Shown: piece by piece, positions 39,158-49,285 of the stretch
How positions within the stretch are numbered: the stretch's first letter is position 1
Layout: the number at the start of each line of letters is the position of its first letter
Source of the DNA: Candidatus Sulfomarinibacteraceae bacterium
GTDB lineage: Bacteria; Acidobacteriota; Thermoanaerobaculia; Thermoanaerobaculales; Sulfomarinibacteraceae
Direction: 5' to 3'
Assembly (NCBI GenBank): GCA_963796455.1
Contig: CAWCLO010000004.1
Coordinates: forward strand, 1,184,001-1,248,000
DNA length: 64,000 bases
Position numbers and translations under genes: made by a program
Notes under the pieces: model-generated
Database searches by the model: none
The model's input: only the letters and a program-made list of their open reading frames with translations
Told to the model about the DNA's origin: nothing

Positions 39158-40068
39158 ATGGTTTTCAGCGCCTGAATGTGTCCCCTCGCGACGGCTGCGA
39201 CATAGGGCCCACTCTGCTTCTTCAACCGCCATGCAAGTCCGACTGCACGCAAGACGTTGTAAACGGAGTGAACGCCTGCAAGGTAGAGACGGTGCGCCAG
39301 GGAGCGAAACGGCAAGAGTCGGGTCTTCGTGAGGTTTTCGAGGTACAACGGCGACCCAACCCCGGAGCCCGTCTCACCACCGAGGCGGTGGATGCACACC
39401 ATCCCCGGTTCGAAGAGCAATCGCCAGCCCAGTCGGCGGAAACGAAGACAGAGGTCGACGTCCTCGTTGTAGAGAAAAAAGGAGGGGTCAAATCCTCCGA
39501 CGTCGCGCCAAGCCGTCGGTGAGATGGCCATGGCGGTGGCCGGAATGAAACCCACATCCCGCCGATGCCTACCGGGTTCGCTTGCTCGTTTCTGCCAGAC
39601 TGTTCCAGTCAGAAAGTTGACCCCACCACCGGTGTACCAGAAGGTGGAAGAATCCACCGGGTCCCGGATCGGCCCCCCGGCCGCTCCCACCCCGACCTCG
39701 AGAGCACCTGCCGCCGCATCCAGGAACCCTGGGCAGACCGTGGTGTCGTTGTTGAGCACCACGTATGCCGTACAGGCCTCATCTCGATCGATCGCGGCCA
39801 GACCGGCGTTTGCGCCGACTCCGTAGCCGGGGTTTCCGGGGCATTTGAGCACGCTGACATCCGATCCAAAAATCAGGGAGTCAAAATTGCAGGAATTGTC
39901 AACCACGACAACCCTGCGACCGACCACCGAAGGGTCAGCCATCAACGACTCGACACAGAGGGTCGTCGGTTCCGGATCGCCAAAGTGCACCACCGCAATA
40001 CCAACCACAGCGTCCTTCATCTGGCGGAAATCCCAACCCATTTCATCTCGAATCCTCCAACGCGACAC
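39118..40068 (-). CDS. GT2 glycosyltransferase
   Basis: VVVDN, NPGYGVGAN, LNND and GGFDPSFFLYNEDVDLC. Confidence 0.9.
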   Translation of the reverse strand: MSRWRIRDEMGWDFRQMKDAVVGIAVVHFGDPEPTTLCVESLMADPSVVGRRVVVVDNSCNFDSLIFGSDVSVLKCPGNPGYGVGANAGLAAIDRDEACTAYVVLNNDTTVCPGFLDAAAGALEVGVGAAGGPIRDPVDSSTFWYTGGGVNFLTGTVWQKRASEPGRHRRDVGFIPATAMAISPTAWRDVGGFDPSFFLYNEDVDLCLRFRRLGWRLLFEPGMVCIHRLGGETGSGVGSPLYLENLTKTRLLPFRSLAHRLYLAGVHSVYNVLRAVGLAWRLKKQSGPYVAAVARGHIQALKTIYRPDPDSPIASR

Positions 40069-40258
40069 CTCTCACGCTCATCGTGTATACCACTATTGCC
40101 ATCGACTCCGCTCCGTCAACGGCGATTGCTGCCGGGGTTGATTGTGGGTTCAGCACGAATGGTTCCCCTCGAGGCCCTCGAATGTCCGCTCGAAATCGGC
40201 GAACGCCGCCGCCACGAGGCAGCAGCACGCAAACAGCCTTTCCGGTTACAATTCGCCC

Positions 40259-41389
40259 ATGGCATCCGACTCCAAACTCCCTATCGTGATCTTTTTTGGC
40301 ATCGTCGTGCTGATTGCGCTGCCGCTCCTCTTCGGTTTGATCCGCGAACGGCGGCGGCCCGTCGTGGTCGAAGCAAGGATCGTGACCGCAAGCTCGACCG
40401 ATCCGGTATTTCGAGACGGGCCGCGACGCGTGCCTCCTGGCGAATCGGTGCAGGCAGCGATCGCACTTCGAATTCACAAGACCGGCGGGCCGGATTTCTG
40501 GTTGGCGCCGGTTGCGGATCTTTCGATCGACGGTCGAGACATCGAACACATCGAGTCCGGAGGATGGCCGGATGAGGGACGCGAGTTACGTGTGTTCTGG
40601 TTTTCCGTCGAGAGCGCAAATCTCGGCGGACGCCTGGATTCACAACGCGCCGCCGATCTGCTGCGCTACCGGACCTTTCTCGCACCGGAGATGGGTCGCG
40701 AACTCCTGGCGAGCCGGCTTCCTGAAACCCACCACGATGACCACATCGGTGAAGAATCGGAAACCGGCCTTTCCTCGGCAGGCACCCTTCGGTTGTATGC
40801 GCGAATCGAGGTCGTCGAAAAAGCAAAAGACATTCAAGCCCTGCAGATGGTCGCGACCCTCGGTCTCGAGGACATCGACTCGCCGAATTTCCCCACGATT
40901 TCCCGATCCTTTGATTTTGGTGGGTCGATTGATCCAGCTGCCGGCGAACTTTTCAGGTTGCCCGGCTTCGAGGCCTCCGATGAGCCGGAAGGCTCTTGGA
41001 ACTCGGTCCCGGTGGCGGCCACCGGCCACAGTTTCACTGATTTGGTGGAAAGTCGTCTGATCGTCTCTTCCAGGACCTTCACAGCCGTTGCGTTGACGGG
41101 ATCCTCGACCTTTGACCCGGCTGATTTGACGCCCCGCGCTGAATTCTCGGTCGGCGACGAAAAGTATCTGGCCCGCGGGAGACCACTCGAATGGGGATCC
41201 GACGTCAAGATCGGAGATGTGGTCAAGAGCGGCGAGCGCTGGGTCGTTCTTTTGGCCGACGATGGGAATGGGATCCTCGATCCGTCTGACTCGGTCCTCC
41301 ACTGTTGGGGCAGACCGCCCCAACGAACGACGCTCCTGATGGCCCTACCGGGCGATGCCTTGCTCGCCCACCTCTTACGTCATGAATGA
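40259..41389 (+). CDS. Membrane-anchored hypothetical protein
   Basis: Long ORF with an N-terminal TM helix, TACAAT 6 nt before the ATG, and a stop that overlaps the next gene. Confidence 0.7.
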   Translation: MASDSKLPIVIFFGIVVLIALPLLFGLIRERRRPVVVEARIVTASSTDPVFRDGPRRVPPGESVQAAIALRIHKTGGPDFWLAPVADLSIDGRDIEHIESGGWPDEGRELRVFWFSVESANLGGRLDSQRAADLLRYRTFLAPEMGRELLASRLPETHHDDHIGEESETGLSSAGTLRLYARIEVVEKAKDIQALQMVATLGLEDIDSPNFPTISRSFDFGGSIDPAAGELFRLPGFEASDEPEGSWNSVPVAATGHSFTDLVESRLIVSSRTFTAVALTGSSTFDPADLTPRAEFSVGDEKYLARGRPLEWGSDVKIGDVVKSGERWVVLLADDGNGILDPSDSVLHCWGRPPQRTTLLMALPGDALLAHLLRHE

Positions 41390-42380
41390 GAAGTCACTTC
41401 TCCAAATCGATGGATTGACGATCGGCTTTCCATCGAGTGGCGCACGATGGAAGCGGGTTGTCGATCGGGTCTCTTTCCAACTCGGCGCCGGTGAAAGGGT
41501 CGGCATCGTTGGCGAGTCGGGCAGTGGCAAGAGCCTTACAGCACTGGCGTGTCTCGGTCTCGTTCCCGAACCGGGCCGAGTGCTCGAGGGCCGGGTCATC
41601 GTCGACGGGGCAGGAATCCAGAGCTCCTCAGAATCCGAGCTCGCCACTTTGAGAGGGCGAACCATCGGGATCGTTCTTCAGGAGGCGGCGGACGCCCTCA
41701 ACCCCGTCTACTCTGTCGGCTTCCAGATCGCGGAAACCATCGCCATCCACGGACAGACAAAAAACGGGGACCGCCTCGAAGCGGCAACGCGGCTTCTCGA
41801 GGAAGTCTCGGTCGATGATCCCCGAACGGTGATGGGGGCCTACCCTCACGAACTTTCAGGGGGCCTCGCTCAACGAGTGATGCTGGCCCTCGCCCTGGCG
41901 GGAGGGCCCAAAATCCTGATTGCCGACGAACCGACCTCGGCGCTCGACCTCATCACCCAAAAAGAGATCCTCGATCTCCTCAACCGACTCTGTACTGATC
42001 ACGACCTCGGCCTCGTGCTGATCAGCCACGACCTGACGGTGATCGAAGAGATGGTCGATCGCGTCCTGGTCATGTATCGGGGATCGATGCTTGAAGAGGC
42101 CCCTAGGGAAGAGTTGTTTTCGCGACCCCGTCACCCCTATACCCGGTATCTGCTCGCTTCGGCACCCGGATCAAAGAGGCGTGCAGAGACGATGCAGAAT
42201 GACACCGCCCACGGCCGATATCCCGCGACGACAACCGGTTGCCGGTTTCACCCGGGTTGCCCATTCGCAGCCGATGCTTGCCGAATCACCGAACCCGAAT
42301 TGACAGAGGTCGAGCCCTTACACTTCGTGCGTTGTCCGTTGCCGGAAGCACACGGAGGGGATTCTCATGAAGAAGCCTGA
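41382..42380 (+). CDS. Oligopeptide/dipeptide ABC ATPase (OppD/DppD-like)
   Basis: GESGSGKS, YPHELSGG, ADEPTSALD, HPYT and GCRFHPGC. Confidence 0.92.
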   Translation: MNEKSLLQIDGLTIGFPSSGARWKRVVDRVSFQLGAGERVGIVGESGSGKSLTALACLGLVPEPGRVLEGRVIVDGAGIQSSSESELATLRGRTIGIVLQEAADALNPVYSVGFQIAETIAIHGQTKNGDRLEAATRLLEEVSVDDPRTVMGAYPHELSGGLAQRVMLALALAGGPKILIADEPTSALDLITQKEILDLLNRLCTDHDLGLVLISHDLTVIEEMVDRVLVMYRGSMLEEAPREELFSRPRHPYTRYLLASAPGSKRRAETMQNDTAHGRYPATTTGCRFHPGCPFAADACRITEPELTEVEPLHFVRCPLPEAHGGDSHEEA

Positions 42381-43185
42381 GCCGATTCTCTCCGCCGACG
42401 CCCTCAGCCGATCCTACCGGCAGCGAAAGAACTCTGCGGGGATTTCGGATTCTCTCGACGCCGTGGTCGATGTCAGCTTCGAACTGACGGCCGGGGAGGC
42501 TCTCGGAATCGTCGGTCAATCGGGGTCTGGAAAATCAACTCTCGCCCGCCTGCTCCTGGCCCTCGAACGTCCGGATCGGGGACGGGTGGTTTTTGAAGGC
42601 CAGCCGATCAGCCAGTGGCCCGAATCAGAAATCCGCCCCTTGCGAAGGGGGTTCCAGGCGGTCTTCCAGGACCCGAGTTCCTCGCTCAATCCGACGCTGA
42701 AGGTCGGGAGCATCGTTGCCGAGGCCCTGGTCGCCCACGGCATTGGATCGGCAGCCGAACGCCGGGATATGGTCCACGACCTCGTACGCCAGGTCGGGCT
42801 CGACCCGGATTGCGTCCGACAATACCCCGGCGCCTTTTCTGGCGGAGAACGGCAACGAATCGCCATCGCCCGGGCGCTCGCAACCAAGCCCCGCCTTTTG
42901 ATCCTCGACGAACCCACATCGTCGCTCGACGCACCGATCCAGGCTCAGATCCTCGCACTGATTTCCCAGTTGCGTGATCGTCACAGGCTGAGCCTGATTC
43001 TCATATCCCACGATCTCGAGGTGGTCCGCGAAATCTGCGAAGGGGTCGCGGTCATGCATCACGGCCGATTTGTCGAACAGGGACCCTCGTCGCGAATTCT
43101 GAGTGATCCGTCGCACCCCTACACGATGCAGCTTTTGGCGGCCTCGCCCGGAAAGCCGGCCCCAGACACCACAAAAAGACCATAG
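42367..43185 (+). CDS. Oligopeptide/dipeptide ABC ATPase (OppF/DppF-like)
   Basis: GQSGSGKST, VFQDPSSSLNP, FSGGERQRIAIARAL and HPYT. Confidence 0.92.
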   Translation: MKKPEPILSADALSRSYRQRKNSAGISDSLDAVVDVSFELTAGEALGIVGQSGSGKSTLARLLLALERPDRGRVVFEGQPISQWPESEIRPLRRGFQAVFQDPSSSLNPTLKVGSIVAEALVAHGIGSAAERRDMVHDLVRQVGLDPDCVRQYPGAFSGGERQRIAIARALATKPRLLILDEPTSSLDAPIQAQILALISQLRDRHRLSLILISHDLEVVREICEGVAVMHHGRFVEQGPSSRILSDPSHPYTMQLLAASPGKPAPDTTKRP

Positions 43186-43225
43186 GAAGCCTGAAAAGGT
43201 CTCATCCTCCGCTATACTCGGGTGC

Positions 43226-43909
43226 GTGTTGCATCATCTCGCGGATTTCATCAACTGGCTCGAGCCCCACGCTCTTTTACTCGCCCTCGCGCTTCCACCG
43301 TTGATCCGCGTTGTCGGTCACTGGATCCCTGAGGAATTGTTCATGGTCGCAATCGGTGTGCTCGCGGCCCGCAGCGACTCCTCCGGTTCGGCGACGCTGA
43401 TCCTCGGCGCAGTGCTACTCAGCCATTTTTTCACCGATCAGATGGTCTACCTTGCGGGCCGGTGGATTCGTCCCCGCCTCGGACGCTTTCCAAACATCGA
43501 CAAACGACTGCAGCTTGTCACCAACCGCCTCCAGAGCTCTCCCTCTGCGATCATCGGATTGGTGCCGGCAAGAGTATTGCCTCTGGGCCGCGGCGCGTGG
43601 CTGGCGGCCTGCGGGGTTGTTCGCATCAAGTGGATCCGATTTGCAGCGGTTGATCTTGCGGCGCTGCTCGTTCACCTGTCGGTCTGGTCCGGCCTCGGCT
43701 GGTGGCTCGCTGGCGACCTCGGACGTCTGGCGGCATCGGTTGAAACCGGTAAGATCGCCGGCACGTGGTTGGCGGTCGCCCTCGTTTCGACCATTTGTGC
43801 CGTGTTCGTGTGGCGCTCACGAAATATCTGGCAACCGACCACGTTGAATGCGGTGCGGCGCGCCGGGCGCTCCCTCAGCGAGATCGGGCGAGGCCCGCGG
43901 CGTCCCTGA
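43226..43909 (+). CDS. DedA/VTT family membrane protein
   Basis: IPEE, DQMVYLAGR and ARVLPLGR motifs. Confidence 0.8.
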   Translation: MLHHLADFINWLEPHALLLALALPPLIRVVGHWIPEELFMVAIGVLAARSDSSGSATLILGAVLLSHFFTDQMVYLAGRWIRPRLGRFPNIDKRLQLVTNRLQSSPSAIIGLVPARVLPLGRGAWLAACGVVRIKWIRFAAVDLAALLVHLSVWSGLGWWLAGDLGRLAASVETGKIAGTWLAVALVSTICAVFVWRSRNIWQPTTLNAVRRAGRSLSEIGRGPRRP

Positions 43910-43936
43910 CACCCGACACGATAGAATGAGTAGGTC

Positions 43937-45412
43937 ATGCTCAACACGATCGAACAGATCCGCACAGCGCTGTCTTCCGCCTATCCAATCACCCTGCTGG
44001 TAAGTCCCGAGGAGGATCGCCAGGAGGCCCTCCTCAGGAGGTTTGGTGGTTCCGCAAAACCGCAAGAGCTACCGGTGATGGTGTGGAATTGTGTTGACGG
44101 CTTTATCGACCTTGAAGGAGAGGACCTCTCTGATCCGATGGATGCCCTGGCGTGGATCTCGGACTCCGGGCCCAGGGGCCTCTATCTGCTCAAGGATTTC
44201 GAAGGCATTCTCATGGAGGACCGGCTGCTGCGACGCCGCCTCCGCGACACCGCCATGAAGATTCGAAATACCGGTAAGTTTCTGTTCTTGTTGCAGCAGT
44301 CCATGGATCTTCCGGAGTCCCTCAAACCACTCACCTATATCGTGGTCTCCTTGTTCCCGGATGAGGGCGAGCTGAGGGCGCTGGTCATGGGGCTCTTTGA
44401 AGGCAGGCCGGCACAACCGGCCGATCTCGAACGGTTGATCGGATCCCTCAAGGGCATGTCGTTGACCGAATCCGAGCACCTGCTGCGGCGCTTGCTCGAT
44501 CGCCACGAGGGCATCGACGATGCTTTCTTCGTCGATGTCTTGAATGAAAAAGAGCAGATCACACGCAAAGAGGGAATCCTCGAGTTCGTGCCTCCCGACG
44601 AAAGCCTGAGCGGGCTTGGAGGTCTCGACCAACTCAAGGACTGGGTCGCTGAACGGAGTGATCTCTTCCTCCCCGAGGCCCGAAAAGAAGGGATCCCGAG
44701 ACCACGGGGCGTGCTGTTGATGGGGATTTCCGGCTGTGGCAAGAGCCTCGCCGTCAAAGTCATCGGTCGCGACTGGAAACTGCCGCTCTTCCGGCTCGAC
44801 ATGAACCTGGTGTTTGCCGGGGTCCAGGGATCCGCTGAGTGGATCTTTCATCGAGCCCTCGAGGCGGTCGAATCGGTCGCACCGGCCGTGTTGTGGATCG
44901 ATGAGATCGAAATGGGCATCGCCGGATATCACGAGGGTGATACCGGCTCCAACACCCGTATTTTTTCGACTTTTTTGACCTGGATGCAGGAACATCGTTC
45001 CGATGTCTTTGTGGCCGCCACCGCCAACCGAATCAACCTTCTCCCCGCCGAGATCCTCCGCAAGGGTCGTTTCGACCAGGTATTTTTTGTCGACCTCCCG
45101 AACGACGAGGAACGCAAGGAGATTCTCTCGATCCACCTTGATCGCAACGGAATCGATCCTTCATCATTCGATCTCATTCTTCTCGCCTCGGCCACCCGCA
45201 CATGGAACGGCGCCGAGATCGAACAAGCCGTGAAATCAGCCCGCATAACCGGTCACGCCCGTGGTGAAGAAATCAGCCAGAACGATCTCCTGCTCTCCTT
45301 CAGCAAGATCATTCCTCTGTCTCGGACCATGGACGAACAGCTCAAGGCAATCCGATCCTGGGCCCGCACCCGTGCTCTTCCCGCGACAAGAGAAATCAAA
45401 CCGGAACTGTGA
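43937..45412 (+). CDS. Ycf46-like AAA+ ATPase
   Basis: LGGLDQLKDW, GISGCGKSL, LWIDEIE and EILRKGRFDQVFFVDLP. Confidence 0.92.
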   Translation: MLNTIEQIRTALSSAYPITLLVSPEEDRQEALLRRFGGSAKPQELPVMVWNCVDGFIDLEGEDLSDPMDALAWISDSGPRGLYLLKDFEGILMEDRLLRRRLRDTAMKIRNTGKFLFLLQQSMDLPESLKPLTYIVVSLFPDEGELRALVMGLFEGRPAQPADLERLIGSLKGMSLTESEHLLRRLLDRHEGIDDAFFVDVLNEKEQITRKEGILEFVPPDESLSGLGGLDQLKDWVAERSDLFLPEARKEGIPRPRGVLLMGISGCGKSLAVKVIGRDWKLPLFRLDMNLVFAGVQGSAEWIFHRALEAVESVAPAVLWIDEIEMGIAGYHEGDTGSNTRIFSTFLTWMQEHRSDVFVAATANRINLLPAEILRKGRFDQVFFVDLPNDEERKEILSIHLDRNGIDPSSFDLILLASATRTWNGAEIEQAVKSARITGHARGEEISQNDLLLSFSKIIPLSRTMDEQLKAIRSWARTRALPATREIKPEL

Positions 45413-46341
45413 GCACACCGAAAGCTCAGACAATGCAGCCAAAGACACGTCTCGTGGTCGATTCAACCCACGACGGCCAGCGTCTGGATATCTATCTCGC
45501 TGATGCCACCGCTCTCAGTCGACGGGCGGCGCGACGGCTGATCACCGACGGCGGCATCGAACGAAACGGTCAGACCCTCAGGGTCCAGTCCCGAATTCTC
45601 GGTGCAGGCGATGTCATCGACGTCCTTCTCGAAGCGGATGAGCTCAGCGTCCCAGCGGTGCCAGAACTGCCGAAAATCGACATCCTGTTTCGCGACGCTT
45701 CACTGTTGATAGCCAACAAACCGGCCGGGCTGCTTTCTCAACCCTCCGAGAATTCGGGAGGCGCTGAACTGGCGTTCGATCACATCGTGTTGACGACCCA
45801 GGCGCTCGAGGACGGGCATCGTCCCTTTCTCAGGATGGTTCACCGTCTCGATCGGATGACCAGTGGGGCGGTGCTCTTTGCCCGCCACCCCGACGCGTTG
45901 CCACCGCTCACCCGTGCCTGGTCGGAGGGCGCCGTCGATCGCTCCTACCTCGCGATTGTTGAAGGTTCACCGGATTTCGAAGAGATCGTCGTGGATCGAA
46001 ATATCGCGCGGGACCGAACGCACCGCTGGCGATTCATGTGTGACCCGGACGGCAAAACCGCGCAAACCCGGGTATCGGTCGTGCAACGGTTGGATTCCAA
46101 TCTGGCGGTGGTCCGCTGCGGACTGATGACCGGCAGGACCCACCAGGTTCGCGTTCACCTCGCCGCCACCGGATTCCCGGTTCTCGGTGATCGCCTCTAC
46201 GGTTCCCACCGCGCTGGCGAAGCACCGCGGCCGCTTCTCCATGCCGCGTCGATCTCTCTCCCCCACCCTGCCACCGGCGAGCGGATTCATGTCGTGTGTC
46301 CGATTCCTGATGACATGGCGAAGTTTGGCATCGAAAGCTGA
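45409..46341 (+). CDS. RluA/RluD family pseudouridine synthase
   Basis: S4-like N-terminus, NKPAG, HRLDRMTSG, TGRTHQVRVHL and LHA. Confidence 0.93.
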   Translation: MSTPKAQTMQPKTRLVVDSTHDGQRLDIYLADATALSRRAARRLITDGGIERNGQTLRVQSRILGAGDVIDVLLEADELSVPAVPELPKIDILFRDASLLIANKPAGLLSQPSENSGGAELAFDHIVLTTQALEDGHRPFLRMVHRLDRMTSGAVLFARHPDALPPLTRAWSEGAVDRSYLAIVEGSPDFEEIVVDRNIARDRTHRWRFMCDPDGKTAQTRVSVVQRLDSNLAVVRCGLMTGRTHQVRVHLAATGFPVLGDRLYGSHRAGEAPRPLLHAASISLPHPATGERIHVVCPIPDDMAKFGIES

Positions 46342-46978
46342 GGCAGAGGGAAGCAAGGCAGAGGGGGACGGGGGCAGAGGAGCAGAGGACCGCTCGCCAG
46401 CCTCGTTGTCGCTATCGCTATCGCTATCGCTATCGAACGGCTGCGGTGGGTGCCGGTTCCGAAGGGGAGAAAAGGTGGAAGGGAGAACCGCACCCCACAG
46501 CGCGGAGGAGCAGAGGGGCAGAGGGGAAACCACCCGGTACTGGTCTGTCCTGCATGCGAATGCCGCCTCCCGATGTCATCCTGAGCGGAGCCCTCCGGGG
46601 GCGTAGTCGAAGGATCTATGAGATGGACCTCAATGTCCTCAAGCCGCAGATCCTTCGACTTCGCGCCAAAGGCGCTTCGCTCAGGATGACATCTTGATAG
46701 CTAGCGGCCAGCTCGATAATCCGTGCGGCGTCGACCTCCCTCTCCGATCCCGATCACGAAAGGGCGCAAGGGTGCAAGGGTGAACCGCACCCCACAGCGC
46801 GGAGGAGGAGCAGAGTGGCAGAGGGGCAGAGGGGAAACCACCCGGCACTGATCTGTCCTGCATGCGAATGCCGCCTCCCGATGTCATCCTGAGCGGAGCC
46901 CCCCGGGGGCGTAGTCGAAGGATCTATGAGAACAACTACCCAGCAAATTCAAAATCCGAAATCCGAAATCCGAAATTT
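46342..46978 (-). repeat. Tandem composite repeat array (about 308 bp period), reverse-complement relative of the 59.8-60.5 kb array
   Basis: GATGTCATCCTGAGCGGAGC at 46572 and 46880; (GCTATC)n, (GGCAGAG)n and (AAATCCG)n tracts. Confidence 0.9.
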
Positions 46979-47017
46979 CTCCACGGTTTGAGCGCGGATC
47001 CGTACTACAATGCAGCT

Positions 47018-47545
47018 GTGACCTGGGGGTTTGCATATTTGCTCATCTTTCTCGGCGGGTTCACTCTCTCGCTGGTGAGCGGATTCGCGCGAAGATTACT
47101 GCATCCCACCGAACTCTGCGACAACGTCGTGGTCCCCTCTCACGAACACCTCCACGGCCAACGCTCTCCTGCCGCCGATCTCCTGGCATCCTTTCTGACC
47201 GTCTTTGGTCTGACCTGCCTGGTGGTACATGGGCTCACCTCGCTCAAACCCTCTCCGATCATCGCGATCGGCGGCGTCACGGGAATCTTCGGCATTTTTT
47301 TCCTCAGGTCCTGGTTGTGCCGGGTCTGTGACCCGAGCGAACAGCTCGGCAGCGACCTCAAAAAGGTGAAGGTGATTCGCGAAATCCCCTCCGGGGGTTA
47401 TGGACAGATCGAAGTCAACGTCAACGGCGCACAGCTCAAACTGGCGGCGCGCGCCGAACAGACCAAACCGATCCCGGTCGGTGCAGTCGTCGAGATCCTG
47501 GATCGAACCGAATCAGTCGTCATCGTGCAGCAGAAGAACTCGTGA
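47018..47545 (+). CDS. NfeD-like membrane protein with C-terminal OB fold
   Basis: Three TM helices, then VIREIPSGGYGQIEV...IPVGAVVEI. Confidence 0.75.
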   Translation: MTWGFAYLLIFLGGFTLSLVSGFARRLLHPTELCDNVVVPSHEHLHGQRSPAADLLASFLTVFGLTCLVVHGLTSLKPSPIIAIGGVTGIFGIFFLRSWLCRVCDPSEQLGSDLKKVKVIREIPSGGYGQIEVNVNGAQLKLAARAEQTKPIPVGAVVEILDRTESVVIVQQKNS

Positions 47546-48123
47546 AACTGATCCTCGCCAGTTCGTCCCCGAGACGGCGCCAACTCCTCGATCTCCTCGG
47601 TCTGCCCTTCGAGGTGGATCCGTCGACCGTCGACGAGATCGCGATGGACAACGAGCCACCGCCCGCCTTCGCGCTTCGAGCGGCGCGGGACAAAGCTCTC
47701 GATGTCGCCGCACGACATCCGGGGCGTCCGGTGCTCGGCGCCGACACGGTGGTGGAGATTGACGGAAAGATTCTCGGCAAACCCAGTGACGCCAAGCATG
47801 CCGGCGAAATGCTGCGCCTGCTTTCAGCGCGAGAACATCAGGTCCACACCGCTGTCGCGTTTGTCCTCGATGGCAAGTGCGTCGATCTGATCGATACGGC
47901 CGTGGTGGAGTTTGTCGCCCTCGACGACGAGATGATCCGTTGGTACGTCGCGACCGGGGAGCCCCTCGACAAGGCGGGCGCCTACGCGATTCAGGGCCTC
48001 GCCGGAGCGATGGTGGTCCGGGTCGATGGTTCGCCCCACACCGTTGTCGGGCTCCCGCTCCACCGGCTCCCCAGGCTCTTCGCAGCCCAAGGCGTTGATT
48101 TTTGGGCAATGCTGACCAGCTAG
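47542..48123 (+). CDS. maf: Maf family nucleoside triphosphate pyrophosphatase
   Basis: LILASSSPRRRQLL, GADTVV, ILGKP and DKAGAYAIQG. Confidence 0.95.
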   Translation: MKLILASSSPRRRQLLDLLGLPFEVDPSTVDEIAMDNEPPPAFALRAARDKALDVAARHPGRPVLGADTVVEIDGKILGKPSDAKHAGEMLRLLSAREHQVHTAVAFVLDGKCVDLIDTAVVEFVALDDEMIRWYVATGEPLDKAGAYAIQGLAGAMVVRVDGSPHTVVGLPLHRLPRLFAAQGVDFWAMLTS

Positions 48124-48161
48124 AAGCCAAGGATCGCTCTCGTCCAGGAAAGCGTCGGTGA

Positions 48162-48472
48162 ACAGTTGACAGCGACAGTTCACAGTGACAGTTGACAGCG
48201 ACAGTTGACAGCGGTCAGCGGTCAGCGGTCAGCGACGGAGAGCAGCGGCAGCGATCAGGAGTTCAGGCGACGAAGTGGCCATCTCCGGGTCGTTCAACAG
48301 AAGGAACAGCCGCTGTGGTGTCGGCGTCTCGCCTGCCCACCGTGCGGCCGAGACGGCCGCACCACCAAGGCCGGATCCCCGAAGAAATGAGTGCTGTTCA
48401 CTGTCCCGGCCGCTGATCGCTGACGCTGATGACTGAACACTGCCGCTGGCGACTGTTCGCTGCCGCTGCCGC
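48162..48472. repeat. Composite intergenic repeat, inverted copy of the 2.35-2.51 kb element
   Basis: GTGGTGTCGGCGTCTCGCCTGC / GTGCGGCCGAGACGGCCGCACCAC doublet, flanked by CAGTTGACAGCG and CGCTG tandem tracts. Confidence 0.85.
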
Positions 48473-48477
48473 CCGAT

Positions 48478-48768
48478 TCATTCACTCCTGATCGGCTCTC
48501 CGAGTTCCGCGAACGAGAATCGGCTGAAGATGTGGTGGCCGTTGAAGTCGAGCACTCGCATGTCTTCGGAGTGTTCGAGATCGGCTGCAATGACTTCGTA
48601 AGGTACGCCGTAAATCGCTCGCACGCGCTCCATCGGAACTTCGTATGCAATGAACTTGCTGATGCCCTTTTGCCCGAGTTTTTTGACCAACCTGGCGTCG
48701 GTCAATTGGGGATAGGTGGTCAGCACGAGAATAGGACCGGTGCCGGAAAACACGATATACGCGCGCAT
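48478..48768 (-). CDS. Small hypothetical cytosolic protein (paralogue 2)
   Basis: GGAGG RBS; strongly similar to the neighbouring gene (KFIAYEVP, EVIAADLE, MRVLDF). Confidence 0.85.
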   Translation of the reverse strand: MRAYIVFSGTGPILVLTTYPQLTDARLVKKLGQKGISKFIAYEVPMERVRAIYGVPYEVIAADLEHSEDMRVLDFNGHHIFSRFSFAELGEPIRSE

Positions 48769-48831
48769 GCCTCAACCTCCCGCCACCGTCAAGACCACCG
48801 TCTCGCGTCGAAGCATCGAGTCGACACGCCG

Positions 48832-49125
48832 TCAGTGCTCGATATGAACCTCTTGCCCGAGATCGCTCATCGACAGGCAATCAAAAATATGAGGCCCGTC
48901 GAAATCGAGAACCCGCATGTTGGCTTCCTGTTCCAGATCGGCGGCGATCACCTCGAAGGGGATCCCATAAAACTCGTGGACCCGGTCCACCGGAACCTCG
49001 TAGGCAATGAACTTTTCGATGCCCCGGTGACGCAAGCTCTCGAGGAGCGTCGCATCGGTGACGCTCGAATGGGAAGAAAGAAGGAGTAGCGGACCGTTTT
49101 CCGTCAACACCAGATAGGATCTCAT
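48832..49125 (-). CDS. Small hypothetical cytosolic protein (paralogue 1)
   Basis: GGAGG RBS; tandem paralogue of 48478-48768. Confidence 0.85.
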   Translation of the reverse strand: MRSYLVLTENGPLLLLSSHSSVTDATLLESLRHRGIEKFIAYEVPVDRVHEFYGIPFEVIAADLEQEANMRVLDFDGPHIFDCLSMSDLGQEVHIEH

Positions 49126-49285
49126 CTCGCCTCCCCTCCATTTGAAATCACGGATGGCTTTTTACCAATGTGGGTCCTCGACCATCCGATCGTCAAGGGA
49201 CGCTGCGACATCTCGATTGAGGATGGGGGGTGTTGTTGAAATCTCCGTGAAGCGTTCGGACTTGACCGGAAACCGGCCGACTCCG

